64,000 bases of DNA. Source: Cyanophyceae cyanobacterium. Its GTDB lineage: Bacteria; Cyanobacteriota; Cyanobacteriia; Cyanobacteriales; Laspinemataceae. Position numbers and translations under genes: made by a program. Below the pieces are notes generated by a model. It was not told the DNA's origin. It saw only the letters and a list, made by a program, of their open reading frames with translations, and made no database searches. Each line of letters begins with the position of its first letter. Positions within the stretch are counted from its first letter, which is position 1. The stretch spans positions 57,714 through 121,713 of the forward strand of contig JBBQFN010000016.1 of assembly GCA_038321985.1 (NCBI GenBank), read 5' to 3'. Positions 60,710 to 64,000 of the stretch are shown one piece after another.

Positions 60710-61916
60710 GTAGTTATTGCTTCGAGTTATTGTAATGGTGCTCCCTAGAAGAAGCGAGTTTCGCTCCTGATCGTTAGTTTTATCAAAATACAGTATAGCC
60801 GCTTTTTCTACAAGTTTTCCCCAACGAACTCCTCGGGCTGGGGGTAAGGGTCTTCTGGAAGTGTTCCCTATCCTTTCGGTTCTGGCTTGGGGCCTGTTGA
60901 ATTTAAGGCTCCCTCTGTGGAGACGGTCGGTTGCACGGTTAGCAGCTTGTATCTTGTGTCAATTTACTATAGCACCTAAGCGCTGTGATCAAAACAAACA
61001 TTTTTCAGTTCCACCCCGAACCCTACCCCCATTTCAGGCTGACTCCCCAGGGAACCCTTACCAGCCTGCTCTGTTATAAAATCCTCCAGGTTCAGAATCT
61101 GACGGGTTAGAATCCTAATTGTCCGGGTTTCATCATCTATCCCTCTGCTTTGCGATCAGACTAGGACGGCTCAGGCCCCAGGATAACCTCCTCCTGACTC
61201 TTGCCGATCGCCTGCTCTACCTCGATTGCCCCAAAGCCGAGAGAAAAACCTTCTTTCCTCATGAGTCCCCCCGGTAAAAACACTTTTATAGTCGGGTTAA
61301 ACCTACCCTTCCCTAGACCTAACCGCTGATGTTAAGCTAGGTTAAATCCGCAAAAATCTAGTCATTTAAAAAATTAATCTTATTCATAATTAACTTTAAA
61401 TATTAATTCACTTAAGAGGCTTTTTTGGAGATAATTTAGATTAAAATCAAATAGCATCGAGAAAATTTCCCCACCGGGTGTAAAGCCGCTTTCTCTAAAA
61501 CAATGACTTGACAAGGAGCTGATACGGATAGATTCACTGGCTTAACCCCCCAATTAAAGTTGGCGGTCTACCCAGAACTAAATCCCTGAAAATCGGCTCC
61601 AAAAACTCAGAGCCCACTTGTTAAAACTTTCTAACCCTAACTGGAATTTTCAGACGGGGGAACGAATTAGGGAATCAAGTCAGCGTTGAGTTTTCAACAG
61701 CAGGAGCGATCGCACCCATGGACCGGATACCGCAATGGGGCAATACCTGTTTATAATTGGGAGGAAAACCGGATTTGAGACTGAATAAAGGGAAAAAATA
61801 TCAAGTCTTTTATCCCCAAGGCGATCGACCCCCTGTCCAGGATTTTTAACCAGGGCATCGGGTAGGGAGTTATCCAACATTTAATCTTTTTGTGCCTGAG
61901 CGAGGAGCGTAGCGCT

Positions 61917-62057
61917 ATGTCTGACTTAAATCGTGGAATCATGAAATTTAAAGGGGCCGACAGCCCATTGCTGGTCGGGTTTTCCTCTGTGCTGATTTTG
62001 GGCGGCATTGCCTTTTTGATTTGGTGGGGCTTACAATCCGCCTACAGTTTTACCTAG
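61917..62057 (+). CDS. ndhQ: NDH-1L small subunit NdhQ (46 aa, not in ORF track)
   Basis: MSDLNRGIMKFKGADSPLLVGFSSVLILGGIAFLIWWGLQSAYSFT matches the NdhQ pattern NRGIMKF.GADSP..TM..WW.L..AY; SD GAGGAG. Confidence 0.88.
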   Translation: MSDLNRGIMKFKGADSPLLVGFSSVLILGGIAFLIWWGLQSAYSFT

Positions 62058-62499
62058 GCCCCGACACCAAGGCGATCGCCCACAAATCCGGCCTCAAATC
62101 AGCCTTTGGCTTAAACAGAGCCAGGTTTTCAGTTGATTTTCTTATAGTCTTACCGGGCTGACTGGGGAGGGGACCCTTCCTTAGCCCTAGCCTTGGGGAG
62201 GGGACCGGACTTAAGCGGGGGTTTTTTTACTAGAAAAAAAGCCTTAAATTGGGAACTTACGCATCAGTTACATCAGTAGCATGAACCATGCCGAACCTCT
62301 GGGACCCCCTTCGCCGTGAACCGGGGGATATTTTTTTTGGGCATTGACGCCGATCAACTGAGACGCTCTCCGGCAAAAAGAGGTAGACTTTCGTAGCCCC
62401 TAACGAAGATACTTTTTTAACAACGAGATCCGATGGGAACGCTATTATTGGCATCAAGAGCAAACTCGACTCCCAAAATATGAGAAGGCTCTTAATTGA

Positions 62500-63672
<1,173 letters not shown>

Positions 63673-63725
63673 GCCTCCAACATCACCGCAAAAACCGGGG
63701 GATTTAAAAAAGTTCGATTAACCCC

Positions 63726-63753
63726 TTGACTTCTCCAGGAATTCTGCTAGCAT
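63726..63753 (+). promoter_or_regulatory. Putative sigma70-type promoter of the tRNA pair
   Basis: TTGACT-N16-TAGCAT with extended -10 TG, about 20 bp upstream of tRNA-Tyr. Confidence 0.55.
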
Positions 63754-63772
63754 TAGTAATTGTGGACAAAAA

Positions 63773-63854
63773 GGGTCGATGCCCGAGCGGTTAATGGGGG
63801 CGGACTGTAAATCCGCTGGCTACGCCTACGCTAGTTCAAATCTAGCTCGGCCCA
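63773..63854 (+). tRNA. trnY: tRNA-Tyr(GTA)
   Basis: GGGTCGA/TCGGCCC acceptor stem, anticodon arm GCGGA-CTGTAAA-TCCGC, long variable arm, GTTCAAAT T-loop. Confidence 0.97.
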
Positions 63855-63927
63855 CCTCAATTTAATAAAAAGTTAAAATTTAAGAATTAAAAATTAATTT
63901 TTTAATTGGAGGTTCTTAATTTTTTAT

Positions 63928-63999
63928 GCCCGTGTAACTCAGTGGTAGAGTACCTCCTTGGTAAGGAGGAAGTCACGAGTTCAAATCTCGTCACGGGCT
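63928..63999 (+). tRNA. trnT: tRNA-Thr(GGT)
   Basis: GCCCGTG/CACGGGC acceptor stem, anticodon arm CTCCT-TGGTAAG-GAG, GTTCAAAT T-loop. Confidence 0.96.
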
Positions 64000-64000
64000 T

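Noticed and set aside
63856..63927. AT-rich quasi-repeats between the tRNAs
   Set aside because: Low-complexity heptamer-like spacer common in filamentous cyanobacteria; no further signal

Overview
A 64 kb window of a cyanobacterial chromosome. HIP1 octamers (GCGATCGC) are dense, and glpX, crhR, ndhQ and a GUN4-domain gene are present; a filamentous Oscillatoriales-type host is my inference. Most of it is housekeeping or metabolic: ybaB, LMW-PTP, modAB, frmA-fghA, pgi, UPF0182, hemA, glpX, clpS, sbcDC, 5-oxoprolinase, RecQ, rimO-crhR, ndhQ (below the ORF-track cutoff), a CNNM/CBS protein, and tRNA-Tyr/tRNA-Thr. The standout is an AT-rich, HIP1-free island at about 5.6-11.7 kb. It holds an orphan ParB with a perfect 22-bp palindrome inside its own gene, then a tight five-gene operon: a Bell-domain-like protein ending in a G/N-rich amyloid-like motif, a partner carrying a matching copy of that motif, a HEAT/ARM-like protein, an SPFH/Band-7-like protein and a membrane TPR-LysM protein. 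This looks like an amyloid-signalling (BASS-like) defence or cell-death module with no NLR/STAND NTPase, possibly wired to a cell-wall sensor. Also seen: a truncated Ser/Thr kinase remnant, a degraded Cys-rich gene at the island edge, a RelE-like pair and several REP-like repeats. All family assignments come from motif recognition by eye; no database searches were run.
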